64,000 nucleotides of DNA from a virus: IMG/VR virus record IMGVR_UViG_3300009431_000004. One strand, 5' to 3'. The position numbers were made by a program, and so were the translations under genes. Below are positions 62,913 to 64,000 of the stretch, one piece after another (position 1 is the first letter of the stretch; the number at the start of each line of letters is the position of its first letter). A model generated the notes under the pieces. The model was not told the origin of the DNA and searched no databases. It was given only the letters and a program-made list of their open reading frames with translations.

Positions 62913-64000
62913 CAGTTACCGCGCCTCCCCTTCACCAGCGCCGAGAAGTCCGTGTCCTCGTCGTAGCTGAAGTCCAAGTCCCCGAGTTGCAGGTACTCCG
63001 TCGGCCCCGGTTCGATGTTCTTGACCCCGGTGTCCCCGTAGACCATGTAGGTCACGGTCCACTCGTTCGTCGTGGGGTCATCCCCCGTGACCACTGTGAC
63101 CAGCACACGCCGGGCCGTAATCTGCTGTCGCAGGGTGTCCAGCTCGTCCCCGCTGGCCAGCGGGTATTCGGCGGCCAGCGTCGCGTCGTCGCTGAAGCCG
63201 GGAATGTTCAAGCCGTCGTTGCCGATGATGTAGGCACCCATGGCTGCGTACTTGAGCGGCACCCCGTTGTAGTTCGGGGGCGTGTCGAACAGGGTGAACG
63301 CCACCTCGTCGCGGAACACGCCGCGAGGCTCATTGAAGGAACCCCCGCCGTCGATGGTGCCGCTCTCCAAGGCCACGTCCACTCCGAGCAGGTAGACCTT
63401 CACGAGGTCGCTGGACCACGCCGTGATGAGTTCAACGTCGGTGTCCTCTCCGGTCCGCATGACCTCCCGGACCACCATGGAGCCGTCCGTCTTGGCCATC
63501 TTGACCAGCGGCGTCACCACGTAGGACACATCGGTCGCCTGTTCGATGACCCCGATAATGTCCGACTGGCGGAGGGGCTGCCCGAGGGAGACGGCCCCGA
63601 ACAGGCGTGAGAGGTTCGTCCGTACCGCGCTGTCCACGACATCCTTGGACTTGCCCTTCACCATGACGATGGTGCCGGAGATGTCCACGCCCGTCGGGAG
63701 GGCGTCCTTCACGAGGACATCCGCCGTGACGTGCCTCATGGACCGGATGGCGTTCTGGGCCACGGCCACGAGGGCGTTGGACTGGTACGTGACCACGAAG
63801 TTCTCATCGTGCTGGTAGTCCACGATGACGGTGGTCCCCTCCTCGATACGGGAGTCGTCGGTCAGGACGAACGCGAGCGGGTTCTCGCCCTCCTCGTCGA
63901 GGAAGGTGAAGTCCTGCACGTCTCCCGGATGGAAGGGGCCGTAATACTCCGTAACACGGTCCACGGTGTAGATTCTGACCGTGGTCTTGTTGGCCCCGAG
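62912..64000 (-). CDS. baseplate wedge (J-like) protein, 5'-truncated by the window edge
   Basis: frame open to position 64000; RHVTADVLVK..VDISGTI..LGQPLRQSDIIGVIEQATDVSYV. Confidence 0.65.
   Translation of the reverse strand, partial: LGANKTTVRIYTVDRVTEYYGPFHPGDVQDFTFLDEEGENPLAFVLTDDSRIEEGTTVIVDYQHDENFVVTYQSNALVAVAQNAIRSMRHVTADVLVKDALPTGVDISGTIVMVKGKSKDVVDSAVRTNLSRLFGAVSLGQPLRQSDIIGVIEQATDVSYVVTPLVKMAKTDGSMVVREVMRTGEDTDVELITAWSSDLVKVYLLGVDVALESGTIDGGGSFNEPRGVFRDEVAFTLFDTPPNYNGVPLKYAAMGAYIIGNDGLNIPGFSDDATLAAEYPLASGDELDTLRQQITARRVLVTVVTGDDPTTNEWTVTYMVYGDTGVKNIEPGPTEYLQLGDLDFSYDEDTDFSALVKGRRGN

Noticed and set aside
1-64000. CRISPR array, tRNA/rRNA genes, diversity-generating retroelement, integrase
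   Set aside because: I saw no regularly spaced repeats, cloverleaf-like gaps, reverse transcriptase, TR/VR pair or recombinase motifs. This was checked by eye only.
1-64000. Stop-codon reassignment, as in some large phages
   Set aside because: Conserved genes are uninterrupted under code 11, and TAA, TAG and TGA all terminate well-supported genes.

Overview
This is a GC-rich, densely coding fragment of a large tailed dsDNA phage, probably a jumbo myovirus-like genome. It reads with the standard bacterial code. The host is unknown. (1) 1-16.9 kb, mostly minus strand, is a replication module: DEDDh exonuclease, family A DNA polymerase with a Zn-ribbon insert, a stand-alone CHC2 primase Zn finger, an ADP-ribosyltransferase-like ORF, a DnaB-like helicase, a degenerate DnaC-like loader and an intein-containing SNF2 helicase. 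(2) 17-29.5 kb is an accessory region: an intein-containing UvrD helicase with long extra segments, a WGR protein, and an AT-richer ~2 kb cassette (membrane ORF, Zn-finger ORF, nested two-frame C5 methyltransferase, LAGLIDADG endonuclease). The cassette interrupts a DUF6011-like gene and restores it with a synonymously recoded 5' end. (3) 29.5-64 kb is a minus-strand virion module with very large tail, baseplate and fibre-like proteins, two free-standing homing-endonuclease ORFs (one looks catalytically dead) and an opposite-strand Cys-rich lipoprotein. Three classes of recurring upstream motifs, probably early, middle and late promoters, can be read from the intergenic DNA. I saw no tRNA, rRNA, CRISPR array or reverse transcriptase. 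All functional calls come from motif recognition by eye; no database search was run.
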